NCBI GenBank assembly: GCA_030770535.1
Contig: JASVEC010000027.1
Location: 310,001 to 374,000, forward strand
Length of the DNA: 64,000 nt
From: Batkoa obscura
Lineage: Eukaryota
Reading direction: 5' to 3'
Positions 32,152 through 44,736 of this stretch are shown here, piece after piece; the stretch's first letter is position 1; every line of letters begins with the position of its first letter. A program made the position numbers and the translations under genes. Under the pieces are notes generated by a model. That model had not been told where the DNA came from. It made no database searches and saw only the letters and a list, made by a program, of their open reading frames with translations.

Positions 32152-33291
32152 TGTGAAAGTTGGTACTCAGTGGTTGGAGTTAAAAGCAGTTCTAGCTTAA
32201 TTAATTGGCCGTAAGTCAAAAGGTCTTAGTTCATGTAACTAAGATAGACTTAAATTAATAGGAATAGTACGCAATAAGCTACGGACTATGTAAAATAAAT
32301 AGAGTGAAAGATACTACTGTAAAATCTACGTAAAATACTATAAGACTTAGTGGCTTTATTAAAAGTACAATATTAGGGAATAATTCAATTAAAAAGCCTC
32401 GAGCTATTATGTTGGAGAATCTCTTTTATACTCCAACTAGTTTTGTAAACAAGTTAAGTGATTATTATGCGATAATTAATCATAGAGCTGATGAAACGAT
32501 ATTTCACAGTGTTTTATGTTTTTTTATTAAATGCTTAATAGATGTATAATGTATAAATATATAATTATTGAGTTTATTTCTTATTAAAATAAGAACAAAA
32601 CGCAGGCTTTTATAACCAAACTTCGAAATGGAATTTCTAAAAATTTTAGTTTGATAGGGAGAAGCACATTATATAGACATTGTAATTCATTTATATCAAT
32701 TTTAATAACTATTCACAATAACCCATAGTTTATGGAATTTCATAATAACAAAAAAAGAAAAGAAAAGTTATCAAGGTTTACTATTAATAGTAACAAACTT
32801 AATCAAGCAATGTATAAAATTGGTGCTTCTGTGAAATATTGCTTTATTTAGCTCTCAGATTGATTATAACACAACAATCACTTAAGTTGTTATATTCTCA
32901 AGTTCAAACACAATCAATTCAGAGTCCCTTATTTTAATTTGCTGCGAGAATTTCTAACTTCATATTGCAAAGAATATTATCTCCTTTTAATATCCATACT
33001 TATTGGAGTATAAAAGAGATTCTTCAATATGATAACTCGAGGCTTTTTAACTGAATTACTCCCTGATATCGTACTATTAATAAAGCCACTAAGTCTTTCT
33101 GACAACTTCTTACGTAGATTTTACAGTAGTATTGTCTATTCTATTTGTTTTACATAGTTCGTAACTTATTACGTGTTATTCTTATCCATTTAAGTCTATC
33201 TTAGTTATATAAATTAAGACCTTTCGACTCAAGGCAAGTTAATCAAGCAAGAACTGCTTTTAACTCCTACCATTAAGTACCAACTTCCACA
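32152..33291. mobile_element. Non-autonomous foldback element with ~285-bp inverted arms
   Basis: 32152-32437 is the imperfect reverse complement of 33002-33291; ends tgtgaaagttggtact / agtaccaacttccaca. Confidence 0.8.
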
Positions 33292-33389
33292 CTTCAAAGG
33301 AAACAGGAAATAAAAACCAACAAGTAGCATTATTATGAACTATATCTTCAGTATATTCTTTTGATGAGTGTAAAAGTTTTGGACTTAAT

Positions 33390-34653
33390 ATGAGTAGAAA
33401 TCAATATGGTTATTCAAAAATAATTAATAATAATGAAATACCAATATTACAACCTATTATTAAAAATACAAAAAAATTAAGATGAGTAAATTGAGATTAA
33501 TATACAATATTTACTTAATAATTCAACTATTTCATCAAGATTTAATAAAAAAAATAATGATAATAAATATTCGTCAGATAATATATATATTAAATAAAAG
33601 TAGAAGAATGATATATAGTAAATGTTTTAATGATTTAAAAGATAAACCAGTAACTATGTCAACATTTTTAATATATACCAAATAATTTTAAAAATCCAGC
33701 AAGAAAAACAGATTTATGTAATGTATGTGCCCAGTATAAAGTTAGAAAAAAGTTATTTGAAAATAAAATAAATACAGCGATAAAAAATAAAGTAGAGATA
33801 GAAGAATCTTTTAATAAAGAAAAAAGGTTATATAAATTACATGAATTTTGTGTTGATACTCAAAATATATTTAATGAAACTATTAAAAAACTAAATAATA
33901 AAAGTTGTATAATAATTTTAGACTTTAAACAAAATATGGAAATAGAAACAAGATCAGATACAATAAATTTAGATCATTATATTAAACAAGTTGTATCAGT
34001 ATTAAAGTTTGATGTTTATATTTAAAAAATGACGAAACAATAGGGAAAGTTTATTTTGATTATTTATCTGAAATATCAAATCATGATTCAGCATATGCAG
34101 GAGATTGTTTAATTGATTTAATATCTAAAGAGCTTTTATTTAAAAAGTTTACAAAAATTAATATATAAGTAGATACAGGAAATCATTTTAAATCTCAAGA
34201 GTTTTTACACTATACATTTGAAGAAATTTATTTTATAAATAGTAGTTTAAATACTGATCTTAATTTTTTTGCCGAGCATCATGGAAAAAGTATAATTGAC
34301 GGGCATTTTGGAAATCATTCACAGTGGAAAAATAGTTTCGAAGAATTAGGTAAAATAGAAGACATTGATCAATTAGTTTTAAAATTTGAGGTTTTTATTT
34401 GTGGACATAATAGAATTAATAACTTAACTGTCAATAATGGGAAAACAAATATAATTTTTAAAAAGTATGAAAGAAACAAAGATATAATAAAAATAATAAA
34501 AATAATAAAAATAATAAAAATGATAAAAATACAAAGTACTAAAAAGTATTTACATTTTATTAAATGTGATAATAAACTACACTGTTATCCAGTTTCTGAT
34601 AGATTAAAAAAAAGTGATATAATTCCAATTAAAGTTATATTCTATAAAAAATA
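33390..34653 (+). mobile_element. Decayed DDE transposase, Sola (probably Sola2)-like
   Basis: Fragments TDLCNVC, LHEFC, IILDFKQN, NHDSAY, VDTGNHFKSQ, FFAEHHGKSIIDGHFG; interrupted by stops and frameshifts. Confidence 0.7.
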
Positions 34654-34792
34654 AAAAAATAAAAAGATCAACCTCAGCTTGTTTTACAAAAATAACAGAA
34701 AATTTAAAAGTTTCAATATTTACTAACCAAGTAAATAGTTTATAAAATATGCATTTATTTACATACTACAACTTTGATTAATATCAACATAT

Positions 34793-34891
34793 GGGGGTGT
34801 TTTTTTTGACTTCATCACTTTTTCCATTTTTTAAGCGCTATTTGAGTGGAAAAATTGTTAGTAAAATTCTTAAACATAAAAATACGTCCTC
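34793..34891 (+). mobile_element. MITE copy H
   Basis: gggggtgtttt...acgtcctc with ATAT duplication. Confidence 0.85.
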
Positions 34892-35167
34892 ATATCTTAT
34901 TAATAAAAACTACTAATTTTATAAATATTTAACTTTATTTTTGTAATATATAAATGTTATTATAATTAGTAATTAACAAATAATATCTCTAAAACTTGAG
35001 CTTAAAAAGTAAGCAAAAGTCAAAAAAGTATAGTATTTCTATATAATAAATCGATAATTGCTTTTGATGCTGAATATTCAAAAATAAAATAAAATAAAAT
35101 AAAATAAAATAAAGCTATTGCTTTTATTATCACTAATGCTCAACTTTAAAATACCACGTTTTTGTAA

Positions 35168-35251
35168 TTATAGCCCCCTTTTCACTATAAAAGTTTTGAT
35201 ATAATTTAAAAAAATTATATCAAAACTTTTATAGTGAAAAGGGGGCTATAA
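35168..35251. repeat. Perfect palindrome, 40-bp arms and 4-nt loop
   Basis: ttatagcccccttttcactataaaagttttgatataattt-aaaa-exact reverse complement. Confidence 0.95.
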
Positions 35252-35402
35252 ACAGAAAAATATAGTATAACTTCAAATTTTATAACCCTTTTTTTAATTG
35301 CCTTATTGATTCAAAAATACAAAATGATATCATATCACCAAAAATAAAAAGTTTTGGGAATTATAAGCTCTAATTTTTATACTTTCAATATTTTATGCCA
35401 AA

Positions 35403-37532
35403 ATGGAGCAGGTGCAAAATAAAAATCAGTACAGCTATCAACCAACTATACCACTATCTGAGTTAGCCATTAAGTTAAAAGGATGTATCGAAAAGGAAAG
35501 TAGGTATAGTGATGAGCTAGATTCAAAAGATAGGCATACATTAGCTGAGCTAAGACAGAAGTTGGATAAACATGGTGTATCAAAGATTGAATTGGAAAGG
35601 GTGGAGCAGAGCATATCCAAAGCAAAAGAGTATGAATTATCGAAGATAATTCCCGAGGATTTGGCTAGTAACATTTATAATTTGGATTCAAATCTATGGA
35701 ATTGTTTTTTAGATCAAGAGCGTACTAGAAATGGAAACTTTATTACCAATAGTAGGCCTTGTCCATTTATATTGAGTAACAACGAGTTTATACTTAAGAG
35801 CTTAGTTGATTTACAAGTGTATATTTCAAATAGTTTTACCCATTTATTGTTAAATCTTTTTATAAAAAAAGAAATTGAATTAAATAGCAGCATAACAATA
35901 GGTAATCAATTAGGGAATTTGCTAAGCTACCCATTTAAATATTTTTTTACAAACTTAAACGACAATACAAATAATAAGCAATTATTTAAAACAATAAATG
36001 TTTTACTTCAAACAAGTAAAATTTTATTAGCTAAATATAAGGATTTCAACGGATTTGCTTCAATTATAGCATCATTGACCCATCCGGCAATAATGAGAGT
36101 ATTCAACGTAATAAAATTACCAAAAGAGATCAATGGGGTCATCAAGGAGTATCATAATCTTATTAGACCAGATAAAAATTACGATAATTATTTTAATAAC
36201 AATAAATATGATACTAACCTTAATATCCCCTGGATATTACCATATGTAAATAGGATAGGTGCATTAGTAAAAGGCTATGTATTTAAATCGCCGTTTATGG
36301 AAAACAATAAGTTTCATGTTTTATTTAGTTTCGCTGGCCAAGATAGATTTGAAGATTTATTAACCAAGTTGCCGAAGCATACGGTTAGGCATAACTATAA
36401 TAACAACGACATTAACAACGTAATTTTGTCTCATTGGCTACTATCATTACCCTATTTAAGCAATGATCAATTAATGGAAATTAGTTATAAAGTACTCAAT
36501 AATTATCATAATGATACCAAATACGACTGTTTGCATTCAGTACCTAGTTATTTAAGTTTACCAAGTATTTTGTTAAATGGGACAAAGAAAAGCGGGAGTG
36601 AAGCAAAAGAAGGAAATGAGATCAAAGCGACAATTGAAAGTGATAAAAATAACTTGAATAACGAACTAGGCGAAATCGAGTTTCCAAAAATCCCATCTAA
36701 AGTAAAGGAATATGAAATCGATAGCGATGTATCCTCATTGCTGAGCAATATGCTCCTTGGAAACGAACTTGAACTTGAATCAGAGTTAAAAGAATTGGAA
36801 GAGCAATTGAATGGAATTGGGATTGAGAATCTAGCTTACGATCATGTAGAAGGAAATAAAGATATTGCACAAATTGATCAATATGTTACTGATGGGGGTT
36901 CTATTCAAGATTATGAAGTAATAAGTAGTGACAGAAATGAAAATGGTCATGAGTTAAACATGGCTGTAAATGGAGCTATCCAAAATAGCGCAGAAAGTGG
37001 ACCTGAAATTGAATTCAGAGAAGAATTGAATACTATTGAAAACTATATCGGACGAGATAGCAAAGAAAATGGATCTGTGACCAAACCAAGGACAATCGAA
37101 AATGCAAATAAACAAGATAACGATAAACAAAGTATTGATAATAAGGAAAATGAAGTAAATGACAATACGTCTGAACCTGAAATTTATAATAATACAAGAG
37201 CAAATCACGAAGAAGGCTTAGAAGTGGATTCAAAAGAAGTTTATAGCCAAAGCGATAGTGAACTTTACAATGAGAGTCGAAGTACTTTTAACATTAAAAG
37301 AATAAATGACAAAAAAAGGAAAAATCGCAATACTATAAATGGTGACTGTGATTTTCAATATAAATATAACGAGATTAAAGAGCATGGTAAACTATTTACA
37401 GTTGTTAGTGTTAAAGATGTCTCTTTTAACGATAATGAAGAATATATTGATAATTCTAAATATGAGTACTCTATCACTAAGTTTATTGGGGGGAACCCAG
37501 TTATTTCATTAAAGGACGTTAATTTTAATTAA
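35403..37532 (+). CDS. RasGEF (CDC25-like) domain protein with acidic low-complexity C-terminus
   Basis: DFNGFASIIASLTHPAIMRV, LIRPDKNYDNY and IPWI resemble CDC25-homology domain motifs; 709-aa intronless ORF. Confidence 0.65.
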   Translation: MEQVQNKNQYSYQPTIPLSELAIKLKGCIEKESRYSDELDSKDRHTLAELRQKLDKHGVSKIELERVEQSISKAKEYELSKIIPEDLASNIYNLDSNLWNCFLDQERTRNGNFITNSRPCPFILSNNEFILKSLVDLQVYISNSFTHLLLNLFIKKEIELNSSITIGNQLGNLLSYPFKYFFTNLNDNTNNKQLFKTINVLLQTSKILLAKYKDFNGFASIIASLTHPAIMRVFNVIKLPKEINGVIKEYHNLIRPDKNYDNYFNNNKYDTNLNIPWILPYVNRIGALVKGYVFKSPFMENNKFHVLFSFAGQDRFEDLLTKLPKHTVRHNYNNNDINNVILSHWLLSLPYLSNDQLMEISYKVLNNYHNDTKYDCLHSVPSYLSLPSILLNGTKKSGSEAKEGNEIKATIESDKNNLNNELGEIEFPKIPSKVKEYEIDSDVSSLLSNMLLGNELELESELKELEEQLNGIGIENLAYDHVEGNKDIAQIDQYVTDGGSIQDYEVISSDRNENGHELNMAVNGAIQNSAESGPEIEFREELNTIENYIGRDSKENGSVTKPRTIENANKQDNDKQSIDNKENEVNDNTSEPEIYNNTRANHEEGLEVDSKEVYSQSDSELYNESRSTFNIKRINDKKRKNRNTINGDCDFQYKYNEIKEHGKLFTVVSVKDVSFNDNEEYIDNSKYEYSITKFIGGNPVISLKDVNFN

Positions 37533-38519
37533 TATATTTAGTAGTCATCAAGTTTATTGTGTTTTTGATTCTGTTGTATTTTCTAAATATGGAGTTGCCA
37601 TAGTTTGGGCCGAATCAGACATGATTAATATATGACTAGTTTGAATAAAGCATAATAGTATCTTGTATAGTGACACTAACTAAATCGTTTCTATATTGAT
37701 TTAAATCATTATTTATAACGCAGCATTTCATTCAAATATCTGAAGCTTTTCTTTAATAACAATATTAAGATACTCTTCGCTTTTTTATTACAAACATCCG
37801 AACGTTAAAATTATCGTTTGGCTTTAATAAAGCTTCTGACTAGCTTTAGCAGGTTTTTAATATCTTATTTTGAATTAGGTACTTAAATATAAAGTAAGTC
37901 TTTGTTATGTTAACTATAGAACTAAAATAAAGCGGGAGCACTTATGTAAAATTCTATAAATCTGCAATAAAGTGTTTATGATATATCGCTTCAAACTCAT
38001 TAGAACTAACTTCAAATTTTTCTATCTATTGTAATTTAAGTTTGATTTATAAGCGTCAAAAAGATTAAACTTGACCTCAGGTTCGACGCTAGTCTTGGAT
38101 TTAAGAAACTTGCTTTTAACAACAGTATTATTGCTGTAGAAATTTTCGAAGCTTATAAAGCTCACCATTACTACTGACCTCTTAGAATGAAGAAGCCCAA
38201 ACATAATCAAAGGTGGCTTTTTCACTCTCAACTCAACATTAGAGTAATTTTTTTATCTACACATAGGGAGCGCTTATGATTTACCCTATAATCACTAGCT
38301 TGAATAGGTTGACTAGGCTTCATAAAATTAGAATATCATCTCACCTTATAGTTAATCGAGCCATTTGCCTCTAAAGTTAGAATAGCAGAGACAATAGACA
38401 ATAGATAAACTTAAAGCACATTTTATAATATATCAGTGTTTTATGGACTCCTCTGTTTGTGTTTATAAGTTTTAATATAGCTCAAAAATGGTTTTTTAAT
38501 ATTTTATTATTTCGTAGCA

Positions 38520-38567
38520 TCCATAACATCCATAACATTCATAACATCCATAACATTCATAACATCC
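38520..38567. repeat. 9-bp tandem repeat (catycataa), about 5 copies
   Basis: catccataa/cattcataa units. Confidence 0.9.
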
Positions 38568-38592
38568 GAACTTTTATACCATATCAGTATAT

Positions 38593-38689
38593 ATGGATGT
38601 ATTTTTTTGCTTAAGAATTTTACTAACAATTTTTCCGCTAAATAGCGCTTAAAAGATGGAAAAAGTGACGAAACCAAAAAAACATCCTC
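38593..38689 (-). mobile_element. MITE copy I
   Basis: ggatgtatttt...ctaaatagcgcttaaaagatggaaaaagtg...acatcctc. Confidence 0.85.
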
Positions 38690-38836
38690 ATACATATAAT
38701 AATCAAGAGTTAAAAATAGCATCAATATTACATTAAGTTTATTTGAATTTATTTAAGACGAGACATTATAAGAAGGGGGAATAAAAATATAAATAGCTAT
38801 TTACATATATACTATTTAGCCTATCTAGGATTGAAC

Positions 38837-39016
38837 TTAATTTTCATCAGAGTTAAGAGTATAATAATCTAGTAAAAAGGCATCAAAGGTAAGATTTAAG
38901 ATATCTTCGATGATAGCAGCATCTAATTTGGTTTCGGTTTCGTCTTTTGTTATATTTAAATTAGCTTCAATAAGTTGGTTGATACTTTCGTTACTGTTAT
39001 TAATTACACTGGCCAT
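38837..39016 (-). CDS. Possible 59-aa acidic small protein
   Basis: ATG in an A-rich context, MASVINNSNESINQLIE...DYYTLNSDEN*; no recognised homology. Confidence 0.25.
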   Translation of the reverse strand: MASVINNSNESINQLIEANLNITKDETETKLDAAIIEDILNLTFDAFLLDYYTLNSDEN

Positions 39017-40510
39017 TTTTATTATGTTTTTATATTATAGAATCTAATTATTTATTTATTTATTTTATATTGTAAAAGACTTTTGTTTCTTTTTATACTT
39101 TTTTATTAGTACCAAAAATGTTATTTAATCTAGCTTAGCTTTTTACAAGGTAAAATTGAATCAGTTATTCTTCTGGTTCTTGGTTTTTATTCTCCTTGAA
39201 GTCGGAAATTTTTAATTTTTGTTAATTCAAAAATTGATGTATAAATTTTAATAGATAAACGTGGGTACTTTACTAGCTTTTATTAACCATAATTGATTAT
39301 CAATTACTGTACCTAATTTATTCATTATAATCCTTTGTCTAATTTATCTTTATACTTTAATTACAAATTTATAATAAAGAGATATACTATTATTTTATAA
39401 AAGAGTTGTATATATTTTTCTATTTGTTCATAATGAAATAATTTATATTCTAAAAAATAGATGACCTAATAAAAGGTGGAATTCGACAAAAAATGATAAA
39501 AATAAAAGCTATTTTTAACTTTTAACTTACACTTACAAAAATAAACCCTATGAAATTTAAAAATACTCACCTCACTTTTATTTAGAATGACAGTAAAAGA
39601 AGATCACATTTTGAAATAAAATTTTAGTTTATTTTATAAATAAACGTTTTTCTATAAAAACCTTATTCTAGGACTATAATTAATTTAAAACATAGCTTGG
39701 GATTAAATGTAATAAAAAACAATATACCCAAGTTGTTTCTAGTAACTCAATTGGTAGGAATTTAATTAAACACAAGTGTTTTAAATGCAACTCTATTATT
39801 TGATGGTATCTCCAATACAGGTCCCAACTCTCCAATCGATTTGGATAGCTATCTATGCTTGATACTTTTAAAAACCTTTATTTATGAGTTAATTATATTG
39901 TACTAGTTACTTGAATTCCTGATTTAAGGCTTAATCATATTCCAAGGCTAGCCATCCTACAATAAAATAGCAAATTGTAATTCTCGAAGCGGATGGCTGA
40001 ATGAACTGGATGCCTTAGTAGCATGTAACTTACCTTGTAAAAGTCAACCCAACTCTTAACATCATTGTAAAATATATTGCTTTTTAAAAAGAGCATCTTA
40101 AAAATAATTTTATAGCAACAACCACTGAATCGTCTAATGGAAACATCAACAAGTCTTTAATTTAAATCTATAATAGTTATTTACTTAATAAAGAGTACGA
40201 AAGGTGTTATAAAGCAATCTTTAAGCAACAACAGATAGCTAAAACTTTTTTATTAAAACACGTCAATGTAGCTCACAACACAAATTTATTTAAAATTCGT
40301 TTTATAAGAAAGTTAGAAGAGAGAGGCACACGCTAATTATACTAGTTTAATCACGTCTATTGCTTATTGCTCTGATCTCTTTATCTGTTGCCTTGCTTTT
40401 ACTTTAAAAATAAAAAATCTATGCTGATTGGCTCTTTTACTATAAGTACAAATAACAAAATACTAAATGAAGAATTACAAAAACAGATTATTGTTTTTTT
40501 TATCAAAATA

Positions 40511-41881
40511 ATGCTAGTTGACTTACCAGATATTATACTAGTAGAAGTATTTAAGAACTGCAGGCCAGAAGACCTATTTGATTTGATATTTTTAAGCAAA
40601 AGGTTTTATGGTGTAGTATTAGAAGCTATCACAGTCAACTATTGTAATTTTATCTATGGTTCAGATGAAGATAATTACTATCAAGGCTTACAAAAGAAAT
40701 TTATTCAAAATAAAGGTGATAATGTAAAGTATCTATGGATCTATAAAACAAGTCAGCTGAAATACTTTGATATGTGTAAAAACATAAGAGCGTTAAGGGT
40801 GGATCATGATTTAAGGCTAGAAGATGAAGAGGATCCAACAGTTATGTTTCAAACAGTAATGAAAAAATTGTTGAAACTTAAAAGACTCAGGAGTATAGAA
40901 ATTCAATTTTATGAAAGTGATTACAGTCAATTGCTGAGTAACTGGAGAATCGATGAGTCAATAAAGGACTGGGAAATCATTTTAGAGAGATTGGAACTGC
41001 TTGATATATTAATAGAAAGCATTAAGTTGCAAGATTTAATTCGATATTTAAATAAAGATAAACTAAAGGTCCTTAAAATATATGCAGATGAGTTAGATTT
41101 AACTGGCTTAAATGAATTAAAGCAATTTAAAGTATTGGAAGTGCTACATGTAAGATCGGATAATTATAAAGTAAATCCATCTTTTTTAAATACTAAAAGT
41201 TTTTACTCGCTTAAGCATCTTAAAATTGAAGTAAGGTCAGGCAGATTAGATCCAACGCTTTACTTTGGAGATGTAAAGAAATTACAACACTTTAACAAAA
41301 ATGGAGATGAGTATAATATGGTAAACAATAGTCAATTAAAAGAGAATCAGATTCAAGTACTACGTATATATTTTGATACAAATTTTGATTTAAATGATTT
41401 ATTAAGCATGGACTATTTAAGTCAATTGATATTAGCTGATAATGAGGTATTTGAATCTTATCTTCTAACTGTATTACCAAAGTTAAATATTAAACAATTA
41501 AAAATAACATGTTTAGCGTATTTTAAAATGAATTTCAACTTAGATGATATTTTATCGGATTATAACATTACTAATAACATAGCATTATTAAAGCAAGATA
41601 TAGTATGTAATTCAGTTAAAGAAGTCATATTTGAGCAATCGGATTTTAAACTTATTAACTGTCTTAATATTTTGAAAGTATTCCCTAATTGTGAGATGGC
41701 ATATCTCAATTTTTGCTGTGTGAAACTAGGCAATTTGAGTAATTCGGCAACTCATCACTTTGAAAAGCCTTTGTTGTTCTTTTTAGATATCTATTTTGAT
41801 GAAGGGGATGTTAAACAGGTGTTTGAGCATTTAAAACAGATACCTTTGGTTGTTCCTGTTTACTCGTGGTATGAAAATTAA
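40511..41881 (+). CDS. F-box/LRR-like protein
   Basis: N-terminal F-box LVDLPDIILVEVFKNC...DLFDLIFLSKRFY followed by LRR-like repeats; start inferred from the paralog at 44737. Confidence 0.85.
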   Translation: MLVDLPDIILVEVFKNCRPEDLFDLIFLSKRFYGVVLEAITVNYCNFIYGSDEDNYYQGLQKKFIQNKGDNVKYLWIYKTSQLKYFDMCKNIRALRVDHDLRLEDEEDPTVMFQTVMKKLLKLKRLRSIEIQFYESDYSQLLSNWRIDESIKDWEIILERLELLDILIESIKLQDLIRYLNKDKLKVLKIYADELDLTGLNELKQFKVLEVLHVRSDNYKVNPSFLNTKSFYSLKHLKIEVRSGRLDPTLYFGDVKKLQHFNKNGDEYNMVNNSQLKENQIQVLRIYFDTNFDLNDLLSMDYLSQLILADNEVFESYLLTVLPKLNIKQLKITCLAYFKMNFNLDDILSDYNITNNIALLKQDIVCNSVKEVIFEQSDFKLINCLNILKVFPNCEMAYLNFCCVKLGNLSNSATHHFEKPLLFFLDIYFDEGDVKQVFEHLKQIPLVVPVYSWYEN

Positions 41882-42679
41882 CTTTAACTTTAAATTAAAA
41901 ACTAAAGGATACAATGCAAACTTTATTTTAATTAAACCCATCAGAAATCAATGTTTATAAATTATTCTAATTAATATATTAAATGTTGAAATAATTTGAT
42001 TGATATCGTTTTATTTAGTTTCTTTCCGTCGTTATGGTTTAGTTGTCTTTGTTCACTCATCCTTTGGTTTCCTTTCGACCTTGATCCTAATAATATTAAA
42101 GTTGGTATAAATATTGCCAATTTCTCTTACTTTAATCCGCGTTTAATTATCAATATCTTATTATTATATCTATGTTCTAAATAAACATATCAATACATTT
42201 TAATTATTCTGCATCAAGCTACCTATTTTTAAACATACTTTTTCAACTTATCTTTATATTAACACTTCGTATTAACATATTAGTTTATTACTGTAATACC
42301 TTGTTATATCATTACATTTGCTTATAAACTTACCAGATCTCAGTCCGAGTGGTCTAACATTTGTACTGTTACTATGAATACCACAGGCCTGATAGTATTT
42401 CATAACTTTATCACTCGGTTGTTCGATGAATCAGGCTCCATTAAAATGGAAGATCACCCCGAAACATCCTTGATTATGTTCTGAGGTTTTCTCTACGATA
42501 GTGCAATAAACATAAAACACTAATGAAATATCAAAAAGTATCTTTTAATAAAAATGTCAAAGTGATAAAAACGTCATAGTAATGAAAATTATTTAAAATA
42601 ATAAATAAATGAATTGAATTAATATTTACCATTCAACAAACAGTTTTAACAAATAATTTAATTATAATTTGCCATATAT

Positions 42680-42778
42680 GAGGGTGTTTTTTTTGATTTC
42701 ATCACTTTTTATATTTTTCAAGCGCTATTTGAGTAGAATAATTGTTAGTAAAACTCTTAAACAAAAAAATACATCTTC
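42680..42778 (+). mobile_element. MITE copy J
   Basis: gagggtgtttt...acatcttc with ATAT duplication. Confidence 0.85.
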
Positions 42779-42780
42779 AT

Positions 42781-44106
42781 ATGAGCAATTATTTTAAATT
42801 CGATAACTTAGAAAGAAAGTTATAAAGAAAGTTCTGTACTACCTTTCGGATGCAGACAAATTCAATTTAGCTGTTTGCTATAAAAAGTGGAATAAGTCAA
42901 TAGCACTTATATTGTACGAAGGCGCCAATGCAGATGACGACGACGGTGGATATGCGGAATATGACAATGAAACAAAAAAGGCGTTCAAAAAGTATGATCA
43001 TTGTATAAAACGTTTGGACTTTAGAGCTTATTCAACTTTGGCGATTGACTCCTTGATATATCCAGATAGCACCAAACTGTATATAGCTTTGCATAAACAC
43101 TTAAATAAAAGAAAGGATTTAAAAAAATCATGCTGGTAGGTCTTACATATACCATTTTTGTTGATGATATGGCAACTGAGGAATACATTACTATTAATAA
43201 TATTTACGCCAAATAAACATTCCAAAATTTAGAGCATCTAAAACTCGAACGTTTAGATAACTGTTTTAAAACATCAATAGTGGCGATTCTGCCATCAAAT
43301 ATTCTTTCCTTAAGAATGGAATATAATTTCAATATTTGAAGATGTTTGAAGTTGTTCATGTTGCTCTTAAAGTAGAGGAATTTGAATATTTGCTAAATAA
43401 ATAGTTACTGCATTTAAAAGACCTGTATATTATATGTAGAAATCAAGGAAAATTCGAGCATATATGTATAGATTTAAAAAATTATCTGGAGCTTGAAGTA
43501 CTTCATCCTCAAAAAAAAGGTACACTAAGGCTTAACGGAGCATCTAATTTGAGAGAGCTGGCAACAGATAACGTTTGGCTTGCTAAGCTAGTTATAGATA
43601 ATAAAATGTTCCCAAAATTAAATCAACTAAGTCTATGATGATACTAAAATGGAATTTCATCCAAGTTTTTGTACTCAATGTTAAGTATGTTAATAACTAC
43701 ATATCCGAAATTAGATATATAAGGTACCAAACTGTTCTTAATTAAGGAGGTTTTTCGAAAAGAAAGTAACGACAGAATAATATTGGGCGTTGAATGGTTT
43801 ACTTTAGCAATTGATTTTTTAAACTTCTCATACACATCATGCCCTAAATTGGAAAGCCTCTATATATCATACTGTCATCTTAATAACGATTTACTGTTTT
43901 TAAATAGTAAAAAGAAAATGATGTTGAGCCATAGCTTATCTGAAATTATATCATATAACTTTGAGTCGCATTCAGACTCTTTCATTGAATATTTTCTAAC
44001 GCACTTTAAACATAGAATCGTTCTATATATCAAGTCCGGGTGGTTTTTTTTAGGAAAATGCATGGATGATTTTAGCTTAATTTATAGTAAAGATTATTTT
44101 AAATGA
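42781..44106 (+). pseudogene. F-box/LRR pseudogene, divergent subfamily
   Basis: F-box-like VIKKVLYYLSDADKFNLAVCYKKWN, LRR-like CPKLESLYI; frameshifts and stops. Confidence 0.6.
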
Positions 44107-44736
44107 TGCTGTAACTATTGTTGTTATTTTTTCGTTTTTATAATTTAGCCATTACACCTAATTAAAGTTTTAATATCCTAATGTAATTCATACTTTAAAG
44201 GCTATTGTAATTTTTAATAATACTAAAAGATTATTTATCGTTAGTATTAAGTGAAAAAACCAATGATTCAATACCATTATTAAAAGAAAACCTAGTTTTA
44301 TCACTTTTATGGTATATTAGTAGTTGTCATAAACATTATTATTAATGAATTTATAAAGTGCTTGTAATAAAATAATTGAAGCTCTATTAGATATTTTAGA
44401 ATTTTTACTTTTTATCAAAACTAGAGTAGCTGTATTTTTATTTAGGAAAGTCAATATAAGTCTAAGCATAGAGCTGGTTTTATACTTTATCTTATCTATA
44501 AGCTGGAAAAATTAAAACTGCTTTGCGCTCGTATTTTTATTACTTCAATACTTATAATATAAGCTTTGTTTACTTCTTACCTTATTTCTCTAATATATCC
44601 ATTTGAAAGGCTAGTTAGTTCTTTTGCTATATAGATTAAATAAATTTATAAAGAACAAGAAGTACAACATGATAGCATAATAAAAGTACATATAAAACGA
44701 CTAGGTAAAACAATCACACACCCTTTTTATCAGAAA

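Noticed and set aside
38507..38725. 72-aa ORF with DVMNVM repeats
   Set aside because: Arises from MITE copy I plus a 9-bp tandem repeat.
42338..42360. gtccgagtggtctaa resembles a tRNA D-arm/A-box
   Set aside because: No anticodon arm, T-arm (GTTCRA) at the right spacing or acceptor stem follows.
41996..42500. Possible LINE remnant and 62-aa ORF; similar GC-richer patches at 37950-38450 and 39700-40100
   Set aside because: Too degraded to assign by eye.
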